A stretch of DNA of 64,000 nucleotides from Fimbriimonadales bacterium. GTDB taxonomy: Bacteria > Armatimonadota > Fimbriimonadia > Fimbriimonadales > JABRVX01. The stretch is taken from positions 1 through 64,000 of the forward strand of contig BTVI01000017.1 of the NCBI GenBank assembly GCA_045862955.1, read 5' to 3'. Positions 49,541 through 60,000 of the stretch are shown here, piece after piece. The notes under the pieces are model-generated. The model was not told where the DNA came from and ran no database searches. It was given only the letters and a program-made list of their open reading frames with translations. The translations under genes and the position numbers were made by a program. The stretch's first letter is position 1. Each line of letters starts with the position of its first letter.

Positions 49541-50318
49541 TTGCCGTCACCTCTGCTTCCTTCTTCTCGCCGTTCAGGAGCCAGTCGTAGCCCCGCTCTT
49601 CCAGCTCGTGTGCCAGGTCTTTTCCACCGCTCTTGATGATGCGACCATTCGCCATAACGTGCACGAAGTCCGGCGTGATGTGAGTGAGGATTCGGGAGTA
49701 GTGGGTGATCAGCAGCACTCCCAAGTTAGGACCACGCATCCGATTGACATTCTCGGAGACCACCCTCAGCGCGTCGATGTCGAGTCCCGAATCCGTCTCG
49801 TCCATGATTGCCAGCTCCGGCTGGATCATCGCCATCTGGAGCATCTCGAAGCGTTTCTTCTCCCCACCGGAGAAGCCGTCGTTGACGTAGCGAGTGGCGA
49901 AGGACTCGTCCATGCTCAACTCGCTCAGCTTCTCCTTCAGCAGCTTGCGGAAGTCCCGCGCGGGCATGTCTTGACCCCGAAGAGACTTGAGAGCCGTGCG
50001 CAGAAAGCTGACGGTGGTAACGCCGGGGATGGCCGTCGGGTACTGAAAGGCTAGGAAAACGCCGGCCTTCGCTCTCTCGTCGGTCTCCATCGCCAGCAGG
50101 TCCTGGCCCTTGTACAGCACCTCTCCCGACAACACCTCGTAGCCGGGGTGGCCCATCAGGACGTTGGAAAAGGTGCTCTTGCCGGAGCCGTTGGGGCCCA
50201 TGATTGCGTGAACCTCCCCCTTGCGAAGGGTCAGGCTGACGCCGTTCAAAATGGTCTTGCCCTCGACGCCTGCCGAGAGTTCTCGGACCTCGAGCAGCGG
50301 GTATTCGTTGTCACTCAT
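49533..50318 (-). CDS. sufC: Fe-S cluster assembly ATPase SufC
   Basis: [17 protein letters not shown] and [12 protein letters not shown] motifs. Confidence 0.97.
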   Translation of the reverse strand: MSDNEYPLLEVRELSAGVEGKTILNGVSLTLRKGEVHAIMGPNGSGKSTFSNVLMGHPGYEVLSGEVLYKGQDLLAMETDERAKAGVFLAFQYPTAIPGVTTVSFLRTALKSLRGQDMPARDFRKLLKEKLSELSMDESFATRYVNDGFSGGEKKRFEMLQMAMIQPELAIMDETDSGLDIDALRVVSENVNRMRGPNLGVLLITHYSRILTHITPDFVHVMANGRIIKSGGKDLAHELEERGYDWLLNGEKKEAEVTASV

Positions 50319-50847
50319 CGTTGATACTCCTAACGGGGGATGCGGCCGCGACCGCGGGTCTGCGTATGACGGCAGCGCCGTCGGATTGGGTGGATGCGTG
50401 TAGCGACATCAGACGAGCTCGCACCGTATTCTCGGACCCGACGAGGTCCGCGAGCGACAGCCCGTCTAGAATGGTGCCCAAGTACGATGCGATCTGCGCC
50501 CATACGGGCCTCACGCTGCAGTCGCACCTGTGGACGCAGCAATCGAACTTGCCGACATAGTGGTCGCAGAGCTTCTTGGATCCGGGAAACTCACCGAGGG
50601 CTCGCAGAGCATCCCCTAGGGTGATCTCCGAACTGTCGCGAGTTAGCCTATAGCCGCCTTTGGCCCCTCGGGTCGCCTCGACCAATCCTGCGCGGGAGAG
50701 CACGCGAAGCAGCTTCTCGACATAGGGCCCCGAAAGGCCTTCCGCTTCAGCGATTTGAGACACGGTGACGGGCCCATCGCCGTTCGGTCGTGCGGCGACT
50801 TGCAGCAGGCACCTGATTCCGTATTCCTCTTGCGCGCTGATCTTCAC
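50311..50847 (-). CDS. Rrf2 family transcriptional regulator of the SUF operon
   Basis: [15 protein letters not shown] and RGAKGGY motifs; Cys cluster [13 protein letters not shown]. Confidence 0.92.
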   Translation of the reverse strand: MKISAQEEYGIRCLLQVAARPNGDGPVTVSQIAEAEGLSGPYVEKLLRVLSRAGLVEATRGAKGGYRLTRDSSEITLGDALRALGEFPGSKKLCDHYVGKFDCCVHRCDCSVRPVWAQIASYLGTILDGLSLADLVGSENTVRARLMSLHASTQSDGAAVIRRPAVAAASPVRSINDE

Positions 50848-50914
50848 GATATCGTTCCTGCGCCCTCTAGTGATGGTGTGCGGGGCTGTCTTCGGCCCCG
50901 ACGCATTTGCATCA

Positions 50915-50945
50915 TTCCATTATTCATACTACTTTGTCAAGATTT
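50915..50945 (-). promoter_or_regulatory. Putative SUF promoter -35 and Rrf2 operator
   Basis: AT-rich ATCTTGACAAAGTAGTATGAATA on the minus strand, with a perfect TTGACA; resembles IscR type-1 sites. Confidence 0.5.
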
Positions 50946-51066
50946 CGTTCCATGGGGTCCTGGGGCGTGGATGGGGTCCCGTCGCAGCGTCCGTAAGGAG
51001 GACCTACTGACCTCCTCGAGCTAGGTGCTCAGACTCCAGCTTTCTGGCCTGCCGAGAAAGGGTCTA

Positions 51067-51403
51067 TGCCCTGGCCCGCGCCCGCCGGCTTGCGGCCGAC
51101 CCATGCGCGACTCGAACCGAAAGCCGCGCCCGGGCACGAGCCGAAGCCACACTGGCGGTGCCGCGATGACTTTTTCAACAGGCCCCATCAGGGGAATGAG
51201 AATGGGTCACATCCCATCTCCTGTGACTGTCATCCCCGCAAAGGCGGCAACCTAGGCTCCGAGGAGGTGGACATCGAGGGCAAGCGCGCAGCCAGCGTCG
51301 CCGAAACTGCGACGATGTGCAACCCTCACCCCCTCCCTCTCCCTTGGGAAGGGAGAGGGAGGGGGGCAAAGGCATGTGGCCCGGCCGTAAGGCCGGGCCA
51401 CAT
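51067..51403. repeat. Mosaic: inverted family-2 element (51067-51136), CCCTCTCCC...GGGAGAGGG palindrome and a 13-bp hairpin (51374-51403)
   Basis: Direct reading; ATGTGGCCCGGCC-GTAA-GGCCGGGCCACAT may terminate fbaB. Confidence 0.7.
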
Positions 51404-51478
51404 TACGACGAATCGAACCTTGCCCCAGCGGCTGCAGTGGAACGAGCCTGCACAGCACGCCGAGCGACCTCAGGAGCC

Positions 51479-52399
51479 TCAGCGGCTATAGCGGAGCAGA
51501 ATCTCCCTGAACCTGGACACGATGTTCATCGCCTCCGGCCAGGGTCGCTGCCATACGTTGCGGCCGAAGATGAGGCCCGTCGCGCCGGCTTCCATAGAGA
51601 GCTCGACCTTTCGCACCACTTCCTCGTCCGTGTCCTTCGATCCGCCGGAGATTATCACGAATTGCTTGCCAGCCGAGGCGATCACGCGGCGAATCATCTC
51701 GGCGTCGCTCTCCTGGAGTTCGTTGTAGGGCTTAGGCATCATTGCCTGCTTCTCGGGCGAGACCTTCTTCGGGAAGTTGATCTTCACGACGTCGCTACCC
51801 AGCTCGCAGGCCACGCGGGCAGCGTAATCAATCGCGTACACGCTTTCGGCGCCGCCCTTCTTCTCCACGTATTCGCCGCGCGGGTAGGCCCACACGATGA
51901 CGGGAATGCCGAGCTGCTCCGCCTCGCGGCGCACCTGCTGGAAGTTCGCGAAGTCCTCGTACTGGTTCGGCGAGCCGACGTACAAGGTGTAGCCGACAGC
52001 GTCGGCGCCGAGGCGGCAAGCGTCTTCCACCCCGGCGATCATGCAGGAGAGAGCGGCATCGGACGGCGGTATCTCGGTCTTTCCATTCACCTTGAGCACC
52101 AGCGGCACGTGGCCGGCATACGAGCGCATGTATTTTTCGGCAAGGCCGTATTGAAACACGATCCCGCTAAAGTTGCCTTCCTTTGCTAGCTTCAGTTCGA
52201 ACTCGGGGTCGGCCGATTCCGGGTTCGGGAAGAAGTCGCGCGGTCCGTGCTCCAGGCCCTGGTCAATCGGAAGTAGCAGCATCGTGCCGTTGCCGGGTCC
52301 GTGCTTGTACATTAGGCGACGGAGGCGAGCGACCTTGCCCGTTCCGTGCTGGTCCATATCGTCCAGCGTCCAGCGTTTGACGGGTGCGAGTGTTGCCAT
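51479..52399 (-). CDS. fbaB: Class I fructose-bisphosphate aldolase (FbaB/DhnA family)
   Basis: LPIDQGLEHGP, WAYPRG and GLIFGRNVWQ motifs. Confidence 0.9.
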   Translation of the reverse strand: MATLAPVKRWTLDDMDQHGTGKVARLRRLMYKHGPGNGTMLLLPIDQGLEHGPRDFFPNPESADPEFELKLAKEGNFSGIVFQYGLAEKYMRSYAGHVPLVLKVNGKTEIPPSDAALSCMIAGVEDACRLGADAVGYTLYVGSPNQYEDFANFQQVRREAEQLGIPVIVWAYPRGEYVEKKGGAESVYAIDYAARVACELGSDVVKINFPKKVSPEKQAMMPKPYNELQESDAEMIRRVIASAGKQFVIISGGSKDTDEEVVRKVELSMEAGATGLIFGRNVWQRPWPEAMNIVSRFREILLRYSR

Positions 52400-52546
52400 C
52401 TACACCACAACCTTTCCGTGAAAGTTGGAGCCTCGAGGGTCGGGGCGATTGTACCTTCGGGACGTGTGGTGTAGCGAGCGCGTGGGGCGTGTCGGGCCCG
52501 CATTCCGCGATCAGGCCGTGGGGTTTCGGGCTGCAGGCGGCCGCTT

Positions 52547-52574
52547 AAAAAAGGAAGCCGAGGTTGAGCTCGGC
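52547..52574 (-). terminator. Intrinsic terminator
   Basis: Minus strand GCCGAG-CTCAAC-CTCGGC-TTCCTTTTTT. Confidence 0.75.
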
Positions 52575-52825
52575 AGGTGTAGGTCAGAGTGTATTCGAGT
52601 TCTCCCAAAAAACGAGAACCATGTCAGGTCTTGATTGTTATTTGTTTGTTTGCTTGGTCAGAACTTACCATCCAGTTAGGGACTTATGTGTGTCCTTTTG
52701 GAGGGCAGGCTTTGCTCTGCCCTTCTCTCGTTGCAGAGGACGTGCCGAAGGCTCCAAAAGGTTCGCGGCCAAGACCGCTGTGCCCAAAGAAACCACCGGT
52801 CACGGGACCCCTGCTAATCGGTCCC
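52547..52825 (-). ncRNA. Candidate ~280-nt structured non-coding RNA, family not recognised
   Basis: TGGCCA-N17-TACACT upstream; several hairpins including a C(UUCG)G loop; intrinsic terminator; no long ORF spanning the unit. Confidence 0.5.
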
Positions 52826-52990
52826 TTACAGTGTACCGCGACCTTTGCCATTTGGCCACCCAGCAAATGCGCTTGGCCTGCACGCAATGCGGTTGCCGAG
52901 TACGATTTCAGAACGGCTCAGCGCGCAAAACGAGGGTAGCCGGGGCCTGGCGGCCCCGATGTTCGCCCTTCGGCACGCAGCGCAGGCGGC

Positions 52991-54925
52991 CTACCCCCCT
53001 TTGGGCATCCGCAGCAGGATTCGTCCCTCGGTTGCCTTTCGCCAGGCTTTCGTCGCCTCCAGGACCTTGTCCAGGTCGGATGCGGGAAGCCTGGCCTTGA
53101 CGTACTCGGTGCGGTCTTTGATGCGGATCCACTCTCCGTCGGTGACGACGGTGCGCACGAATCGAACCCCGGGTCCGCTGATGTCGAGCGGTTTGAGGCA
53201 CTCGACGACTTCCCAACCAGGTGGTACTCTGACTTCGGAGTCGCGCTCTTCGGGGTCGTCTGCCTCGAACGCAAAGGGATAGTCGCGCTTGCCGTTCTTG
53301 CCGACGTACTCTTCCATGTCGAGCTCGGTGTCCTCGGCTTCTGTAGACAGGGCGTCGATCAACAGCATGTCGCCCACGCGCGTCCCCACCTTAGACGCCT
53401 TGCCCTTTACCACCACCTCGGACATTGCACCGAGCTTTCCAGGGTCGGAGACCTCGACTTCGACGCTCTTGACCGTGGGAAACACCGACTCCAGCAGGTG
53501 CTTGAGCATCTGGTCGAAGTTCTTGCGCCCGTCCTGCACCTTCGGGTCTTCGATCTGCCTCAGGATTCCGGGCGGCGCCTGGAACCGAACCATTACGTTC
53601 GCAGAGCCGTCGTCTTGGATATCTAAGCTGAGCAGGCGTGCGGGGCACTCGGGCTCGAACGAGTTCCGCTTAGGCGCGACGACGACCGAACCGCCGTTCG
53701 CCCCTAGCACGAGCGCTTGGACGCCGCGAACGGATTCCGGCACGAGGCCGAAAAGCGACTTACCGGCAGCGGGGTCCAGCCACGTGTCCTCGCCCTCGAT
53801 TGACGCCAGCACTACCACGTGGTCGAACCAGTGAATGTCGGGAAGCCGCCCTTCGAACGGTCTGTCTTCGTAGCTGGCCACCAAGGCGAGCCGGGATGGG
53901 ATGCCGTGCTCCTGCAGGGCGGCAACCAGGAACGTGCTCTGGTCTTTGCAGTCGCCGTAGCGACGTGTGAACGTCTCGTCGGGAGGAGCAGGTTTGTGCG
54001 TTCCGTCTCCTAGAGCCGTAGCTACGTACCGTAGGTGCTCGGTGACCCAATCCCAGATGCGTTCGGCCTTCGCGCGCACGCCGGTTGCATCACCTACCGC
54101 ACTGGCGATCGTCTCTTTAGCGGCATCGCCGAGCGTCAGCATTGGCGACGTGAGATCCCAGTACCACTTTCCGATGTCCGACCATGCCTGGGTGGTGGAG
54201 TACTCCGTGAAAGGATACATTTCGTCGTTAGGAGGCATGTAGTTCTCATCTTCCTGCTCTTCGAGGCGAGAGAGGCGCCACGATCGGCGAATTCGCGAGC
54301 CGTGCTCGATGGCCTCGGTGGCCTCCGTCGGCGTGCAGTTCACGTGGCGAACACGCAGAGGCGCGTCGGCAGGGTGCTCCACCACGAGAACCGATTCCAG
54401 TACCGGAGTGCCGCCCCAGTAACCCCACGAACCTGCGAAATGGCCGGGCATGATCTCTCGTTCATGCTCGATGACGTAGGCATGGTATAGGATGGCACCG
54501 ACGGAAACTCTGGGGAAGTCGAGGCGGAGGGACGCCCGCCCCTCTTTGACTGCAGAACGCTGGACGTCCGATTCTTTCACCTGCACGACCTCGCCATCGG
54601 GCAGGATCGTCCTGGCCTCGTAAAACGGCACTTTGGAGTAGTAGCTGTTATACGAGATCCACGCCCTCTCCCAGCCCTCGTCTAGCCCGGTGTCCTTGAG
54701 GATCTTGACCGCCTGTTGGGTGACCTCATAGGATTTGCCGTTCTTCGACAGCACCACGAGCGAGCGGTCGAGCAGCACGACTGTCGGCGCGTCCAGATCG
54801 GCTGGGACGGTTCCAGCCATCTGCTTGATCTGCTCGTCCGAAACGAGTTCAGTCCGCCAGAACTCCGGCTCCTGGCTCACGAGAGAACCGACTGTAGCGT
54901 ACAAGAGGGAAACAACAAGCAACAT
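52991..54925 (-). CDS. DUF3857 + transglutaminase-like domain secreted protein
   Basis: YGDCKD, FDHVV and WLDP triad motifs; signal peptide; AGGAGG before ATG 54925. Confidence 0.88.
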   Translation of the reverse strand: MLLVVSLLYATVGSLVSQEPEFWRTELVSDEQIKQMAGTVPADLDAPTVVLLDRSLVVLSKNGKSYEVTQQAVKILKDTGLDEGWERAWISYNSYYSKVPFYEARTILPDGEVVQVKESDVQRSAVKEGRASLRLDFPRVSVGAILYHAYVIEHEREIMPGHFAGSWGYWGGTPVLESVLVVEHPADAPLRVRHVNCTPTEATEAIEHGSRIRRSWRLSRLEEQEDENYMPPNDEMYPFTEYSTTQAWSDIGKWYWDLTSPMLTLGDAAKETIASAVGDATGVRAKAERIWDWVTEHLRYVATALGDGTHKPAPPDETFTRRYGDCKDQSTFLVAALQEHGIPSRLALVASYEDRPFEGRLPDIHWFDHVVVLASIEGEDTWLDPAAGKSLFGLVPESVRGVQALVLGANGGSVVVAPKRNSFEPECPARLLSLDIQDDGSANVMVRFQAPPGILRQIEDPKVQDGRKNFDQMLKHLLESVFPTVKSVEVEVSDPGKLGAMSEVVVKGKASKVGTRVGDMLLIDALSTEAEDTELDMEEYVGKNGKRDYPFAFEADDPEERDSEVRVPPGWEVVECLKPLDISGPGVRFVRTVVTDGEWIRIKDRTEYVKARLPASDLDKVLEATKAWRKATEGRILLRMPKGG

Positions 54926-55088
54926 ACGTAGCCTCCTACTCCCAGCATCATACCTTGCAGCCCTGCGCCCTAACGGTTCGAACGCGCGGCTGATTCGTGC
55001 GCGCATGCTGCTGGTCGCGGCAAACCGCCGAGTACACTAGGGGTCCCGTCCAGCGGCGGGCAGCAAGCACTGGGTGGGTGCAGCGAAC

Positions 55089-56231
55089 ATGGAAGCACGT
55101 CGAACAGCAGTCGCGATGGCCGCCCTATTGGCCATCTGCCTGGAAGGATGCACATCCGAGCGCGTGGCGGCGGGAGAGCCGCTCGCATTTCCGGAGAGCA
55201 CGCAGCACCGCGTCGTGGACACCCGCGTCGCGGGCGAACGGCTCATTGTCCGAACCGCAATGAAGGAGGTCCCGCACCCGATCTCCGATCCGACCGACCC
55301 GAAAACGGTCTATCCCTTCTTGAGTACGGGATACGCTCGACGGGCGGACGCCACGGCAGGAATGCAAGCCACCCTGCGCTTCGAAGTGTACGCAGAGCAC
55401 CAAGAAGACCTCTCGTACGCGGACCGCGTGTGCCTGTTCCTGCTGCGGCTGTGGGACATGCTTTCGAGCAGGCTGGACATGGACCACCCGCTGCAATACC
55501 GCCGCACCGTGAGCGTGTTCTTGAAGCGAGAAGGGAAGCCGGGTGGCGAGCAGCGGATCACGGTGGGCCCCGACGAGACCGGACGGCCCATCAAGAGGAA
55601 CACCATCCACATCTATGACATCGCCTCTTTGACGGACCCGCTACAGATGTGTCGCGAGCTGGCACACGAGTACGGGCACGCGGTGCTCCCTGCCATCGGC
55701 GGCTTTCGAGAGCCCGAGGAGTGGATCAACGGTCTGATGGGCGAGCGCCTGTTCCTGCGGTGGTTGCTGGAGGATATGGAGGCCGGACGCATCCCGCCTG
55801 CCGAGGCCTTCGACCTGCAGCCCGAGGCGCTGAAAGCGTGGCTCGTGCCGCGGGCCGATCGACTCAGCGCGGACGTGCTGGCAAAGGGTTTGGCCGCGAC
55901 GAGCGACCTGCGGGACGCCGACAAGTTCCTGGGCTTCGTGTTGGCGGTGGAGTCGGTGTATGGCGGGAAGCTTCTGGGACGAGGCCTGATGCTCGCCAAC
56001 GGCAATGAGCCGGAGGACGCGCTGCGAGGTATCACCCGGGCTATCAGCGAGCGAGACGAGCTGACCCTGAGCGTGCCGAAGGTTGCAGGTGGCAAGCCGT
56101 TCTGGGCGCTGCTGCCGGGATCGGATTGGGTGCTGGCCGGTGGCAAGCTGCTCGAAGCGCGAGAGGGAGGTTGGGTGCGACTCGAGCCGACGGCCGATGG
56201 GATCACGGCCAAGCGACCGGCGAAGCCATGA
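55089..56231 (+). CDS. Hypothetical lipoprotein with HEXXH zinc-binding motif
   Basis: Lipobox-like LEGC; LAHEYGH followed by EWING. Confidence 0.65.
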   Translation: MEARRTAVAMAALLAICLEGCTSERVAAGEPLAFPESTQHRVVDTRVAGERLIVRTAMKEVPHPISDPTDPKTVYPFLSTGYARRADATAGMQATLRFEVYAEHQEDLSYADRVCLFLLRLWDMLSSRLDMDHPLQYRRTVSVFLKREGKPGGEQRITVGPDETGRPIKRNTIHIYDIASLTDPLQMCRELAHEYGHAVLPAIGGFREPEEWINGLMGERLFLRWLLEDMEAGRIPPAEAFDLQPEALKAWLVPRADRLSADVLAKGLAATSDLRDADKFLGFVLAVESVYGGKLLGRGLMLANGNEPEDALRGITRAISERDELTLSVPKVAGGKPFWALLPGSDWVLAGGKLLEAREGGWVRLEPTADGITAKRPAKP

Positions 56232-56584
56232 CAGTCCGTGGTATCGGCATGGACGTGATAGAGGTCGTGCGGATACGCCTGGTCCGGGACGACCTGCCAC
56301 GATTTGCCGGTAGGATATGCACTGCGAGGGAACTCGCCGCCATCGGCTCCGATCCCTCGGCCCAATCACTGGCGGGAAGGTTCGCGGCGAAGGAGGCAGT
56401 GGCGAAGGCGCTCGGCCGACCACTGCGGTGGCACGACGTCGAAGTGTTGCCGGATGCACTGGGAAAACCGGTGGTAGCCCTCAGCGGTTCAGCACGGGAG
56501 GTGGTAGGAGGCGGCGAGGTTCTGGTCACCATCACGCACACGCGCACCGTGGCGGCAGCCACGGCTCTTTGGGTGGAGGAGTGA
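56228..56584 (+). CDS. acpS: Holo-[acyl-carrier-protein] synthase
   Basis: GIGMD, LAGRFAAKEAVAKALG and TITHT motifs; ATGA overlap. Confidence 0.93.
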   Translation: MTVRGIGMDVIEVVRIRLVRDDLPRFAGRICTARELAAIGSDPSAQSLAGRFAAKEAVAKALGRPLRWHDVEVLPDALGKPVVALSGSAREVVGGGEVLVTITHTRTVAAATALWVEE

Positions 56585-56672
56585 TCGAGGGCGCAGCATG
56601 GATTTTGGTCCGTTAGTCGTGGGTCCGCTATCACTGCCCACGAGGTACACCCTGCGAGCCGCGCCCGCTACC

Positions 56673-59090
56673 GTCATGCTGAGCTTGCCGAAGCATGGCC
56701 CCGAACACCACCCACCACCGTCATGCTGAGCCTGTCGAAGCATGACCCCGAACACCGCCCACCACCGTCATGCTGAGCTTGCCGAAGCATGACCTCGAAC
56801 ACCACCCACCACCGTCATGCTGAGCCTTTCGAAGCATGACCCCGAACACCGCCCACCACCGTCATGCTGAGCTTGCCGAAGCATGACCCCGAACACCACC
56901 CACCACCGTCATGCTGAGCCTGTCGAAGCATGACCCCGAACACCGCACGCTATCGACTTTGGATACCACCATCGCGACAAGCGCCGTCATGCTTCGACAG
57001 GCTCAGCAGGACGGCACTGGGACGCTCCTTGGCCCCACCCTCTCCCTCACCACGGGTAGCGTCCCCTCCGTCTCCACACGCCGCGGTCAGGGCACGCCGA
57101 ACCCCACCGCCATGCCGAACCGGAGGACGCCTTGAACGGCGAACCACCGGCCGCGCCCACCACCGTCATGCTGAGCTTGTCGAAGCATGACCCCGACCAC
57201 CGCACGCTGCCGGCTTCGGATACCACCATCGCGGCAAGTGCCGTCATGCTTCGACAGGCTCAGCATGACGGCACTCGGACGCCCCTTTGTCCCACCCTAT
57301 CCCTCACCACGGGCAGCGTCCCCTCCGTCTCCACACGCCGTGGTCAGGGCACGCCGAACCCCACCGCCATGCCGAGCCGGAGGGTGCCTTGAACGGCGAG
57401 CCACCGGCCCCGCCCACCACCGTCATGCTGAGCTTGTCGAAGCATGACCCCGAACACCGCCCACCACCGTCATGCTGAGCCTGTCGAAGCATGACCCCGA
57501 ACACCGCACGCTACCGGCTTCGGATACCACCATCGCGGCAAGTGCCGTCAAGCGTCCACAAACCGACCCAGACCGCCCCACGGCGCGCCGGTGGGGCCCC
57601 CCCAACCCCCCACGCAACCGGCTTCGGACACCCCCCTCGCGGCACGTGCCGTCATGCTTCGACACGCCCAGCATCACGGCACTCGGACGCTCCTTTGTCC
57701 CACCCAATCCCTCACCACGGGTAGTCGGAACGGCACCTCGAACCCTCCATCCCACACGGCGTCTGGTGGGCCCTCCCTCTCCACACGCCGTGGTCAGGGC
57801 ACGTCGAACCCCACCGCCATGCCGAGCCGGAGGGTGCCGTGAACGGCGAACCACCGGCCGCGCCCACCACCGTCATGCTGAGCTTGCCGAAGCATGACCC
57901 CGAACACCGCCCACAACCGTCATGCTGAGCTTGTCGAAGCATGACCCCGAACACCACCCACCACCGTCATGCTGAGCTCGTCGAAGCATGACCCCGAACA
58001 CCGCACGCTACCGGCTTCGGATACCACCATCGCGGCAAGTGCCGTCATGCTTCGACAGGCTCAGCATGACGGCACTGGGACGCTCCTTGGCCCCACCCTC
58101 TCCCTCACCACGCGTAGTGGGGACGGGACGTCGAACCCTCCATCCCACACGCCGTGTGGTGGGCGATCCCTCTCCACACGCCGTGGTCAGGGCACGCCGA
58201 ACCCCCGATCCCTCAACGCGGGTAGCGACCTCTCCCTCTCCACATGCAGCGGTGACGGCACGCCGAACCCCACCGCCATGCCGAGCCGGAGGGTGCCGTG
58301 AACGGCGAACCACCGGCCGCACCCACAACCGTCATGCTGAGCCTGTCGAAGCATGACCCCGAACACCGCACGCTACCGGCTTCAGATACCACCATCGCGG
58401 CAAGTGCCGTCATGCTTCGACAAGCTCAGCATGACGGCACTGGGCCCCTCCTTGGCCCCACCCTCTCCCTCACCACGCGTAGTAGGAACGGCACGTCGAA
58501 CCCTCCATCCCACACCGCGTGTGGTGGGCGATCCCTCTCCATGCGCCGTGGTCAGGGCACGCCGAACCCCCGACCCCTCACCACAGGCAGCGGCCTACCT
58601 CTCTCAACGGGTATTGGTGAACGCAGGTCGAACCCCGTCGCCATGCCGAACCGGAGGACGCCTTGAACGGCCAACCACCGGCCGCGCCCACCACCGTCAT
58701 GCTGAGCCTGTCGAAGCATGATCCCGAACACCGCACGCTACCGGCTTCGGATACCACCATCGCGACAAGCGCCGTCATGCTTCGACAGGCTCAGCATGAC
58801 GGCACTGGGCCCCTCCTTGGCCCCACCCTCTCCCTCACCACGGGTTGTGGGGACGGGACGTCGAGCCCTCCATCCCACACCGCGTGTGGTGGGCTATCCC
58901 TCTCCACACGCGGTGGTCAGCGCACGTCGAATCCCCGATCCCTCACCACAGGTAGCGGCCTCTCCCTCTCCACACGCAGTGGCGAAGGCACGTCGAACCC
59001 CCGATCCCTCACCACGGGTAGGGGCCGTTCCCTCACGGCGCGTAGCCGCCTAGCCTTCTCAACGGGAAGTAAGCAGGGGACGTCGAATCC
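56673..59090. repeat. ~2.4-kb hierarchical array of the 27-nt palindrome (about 20 copies; 47-, 257- and 365-bp periods)
   Basis: Forward copies at 56673, 56720, 56767, 56814, 56861, 56908, 57165, 57422, 57469, 57872, 57919, 57966, 58331, 58696; inverted copies at 56986, 57243, 57651, 58044, 58409, 58774. Confidence 0.95.
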
Positions 59091-59128
59091 CGAGGTGCCG
59101 GTGAAATGACGGCAACAGGTGGTGACCC

Positions 59129-59746
59129 ATGAATGCTGAGCGTGCACGTATCGTCCTAATGGCTTCCGGCGTGTCGCGTGGCAGCAACATGCGAGCGATC
59201 ATCGCCGCAACGAGGGACGGACGCATCGATGGTGATGTGGTAGGCGCCATCCTCACGCGTCCCGACTCTCCTGCGGTGGCGATGCTGCAGGAACACGGCG
59301 TGCCCGTCACCATCCTGTCCCCAAAGGAACTCGGCGAGCAATACGGGACGAGATTGTTCGAGACGCTCGCATCCATGCGGCCGGACCTGATATGCCTCGC
59401 AGGGTACATGCGGCTCTTGCCAGAGGACGTGGTCCGCGCTTACCCCCGGCGCATCCTCAACATTCACCCTGCACTGCTGCCGAAATACGGCGGGAAAGGC
59501 ATGTACGGGGCAAGAGTGCACGAAGCGGTGCTCGCCGCTGGAGAGACCGAGTCGGGTTGCACGGTGCACTACGTGGACGAGCAGTACGACCACGGCGAGA
59601 TCCTGCTGCAGACGAAGGTCTCCATTCTGCCCGAAGATACGCCAGAGTCTTTGGCGCAGCGAATCCTGCCGATGGAGCACGAGACCTACCCGAAAGCCAT
59701 CGTCCTGGCTCTCGCACGGCTTGACAGGTCCAGCGAGCCTCGGTAG
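59129..59746 (+). CDS. purN: Phosphoribosylglycinamide formyltransferase
   Basis: RGSNM, LAGYMRLL, LNIHPALLP and GCTVHYV motifs. Confidence 0.96.
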   Translation: MNAERARIVLMASGVSRGSNMRAIIAATRDGRIDGDVVGAILTRPDSPAVAMLQEHGVPVTILSPKELGEQYGTRLFETLASMRPDLICLAGYMRLLPEDVVRAYPRRILNIHPALLPKYGGKGMYGARVHEAVLAAGETESGCTVHYVDEQYDHGEILLQTKVSILPEDTPESLAQRILPMEHETYPKAIVLALARLDRSSEPR

Positions 59747-59781
59747 ACTGGGCCCATCCGGCCCGCGAAGGGGGGAGTGAG

Positions 59782-60000
59782 ATGCGACAAAAGGTTGGAG
59801 CCCTACCGGCAGTCCTCGTGGTTCTGGGGGTGTTCCTGTGCGCCGCGGCGGTCTATTACTGGCTGGACGAGCGCAGTGTCGCCCCGGCCAACGAGCCTTC
59901 CGTGACTTCTGCGATGAGTAAGCTGCAGCAGCTTACTCCCGAGCAGCGCAAAGAGATCGGTCGCAAGGCCGAAGAGGCCGCTAAGGGCTATGGGCAGTAG
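59782..60000 (+). CDS. Small single-TM protein coupled to the prepilin gene
   Basis: GGGGGAG RBS; N-terminal hydrophobic helix; 11-nt overlap with the next gene. Confidence 0.6.
   Translation: MRQKVGALPAVLVVLGVFLCAAAVYYWLDERSVAPANEPSVTSAMSKLQQLTPEQRKEIGRKAEEAAKGYGQ

Noticed and set aside
52547..52860. tmRNA, SRP, RNase P, 6S, T-box or c-di-GMP riboswitch identity for the candidate RNA
   Set aside because: By eye the hallmarks are missing (no tRNA-like ends, no SRP domain IV motif, no GAGGAAAGUCC, no 5'/3' end pairing); only short chance-level matches. An Rfam search is still needed
52564..53100. 178-aa plus-strand ORF and other overlapping ORFs upstream of fbaB
   Set aside because: No RBS or recognisable motif; it runs into the convergent gene; terminator and tetraloop polarity favour a minus-strand RNA
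56673..56935. CRISPR array with 47-bp period
   Set aside because: The 20-nt linkers are essentially identical (CCCGAACACCRCCCACCACC), so this is a tandem repeat
56489..59147. Many short ORFs containing MLSLSKH or MLRQAQH (also at 17-336, 6886-8330, 26945-27762)
   Set aside because: They are translations of the palindromic repeats in several frames, with no RBS and no protein-like content
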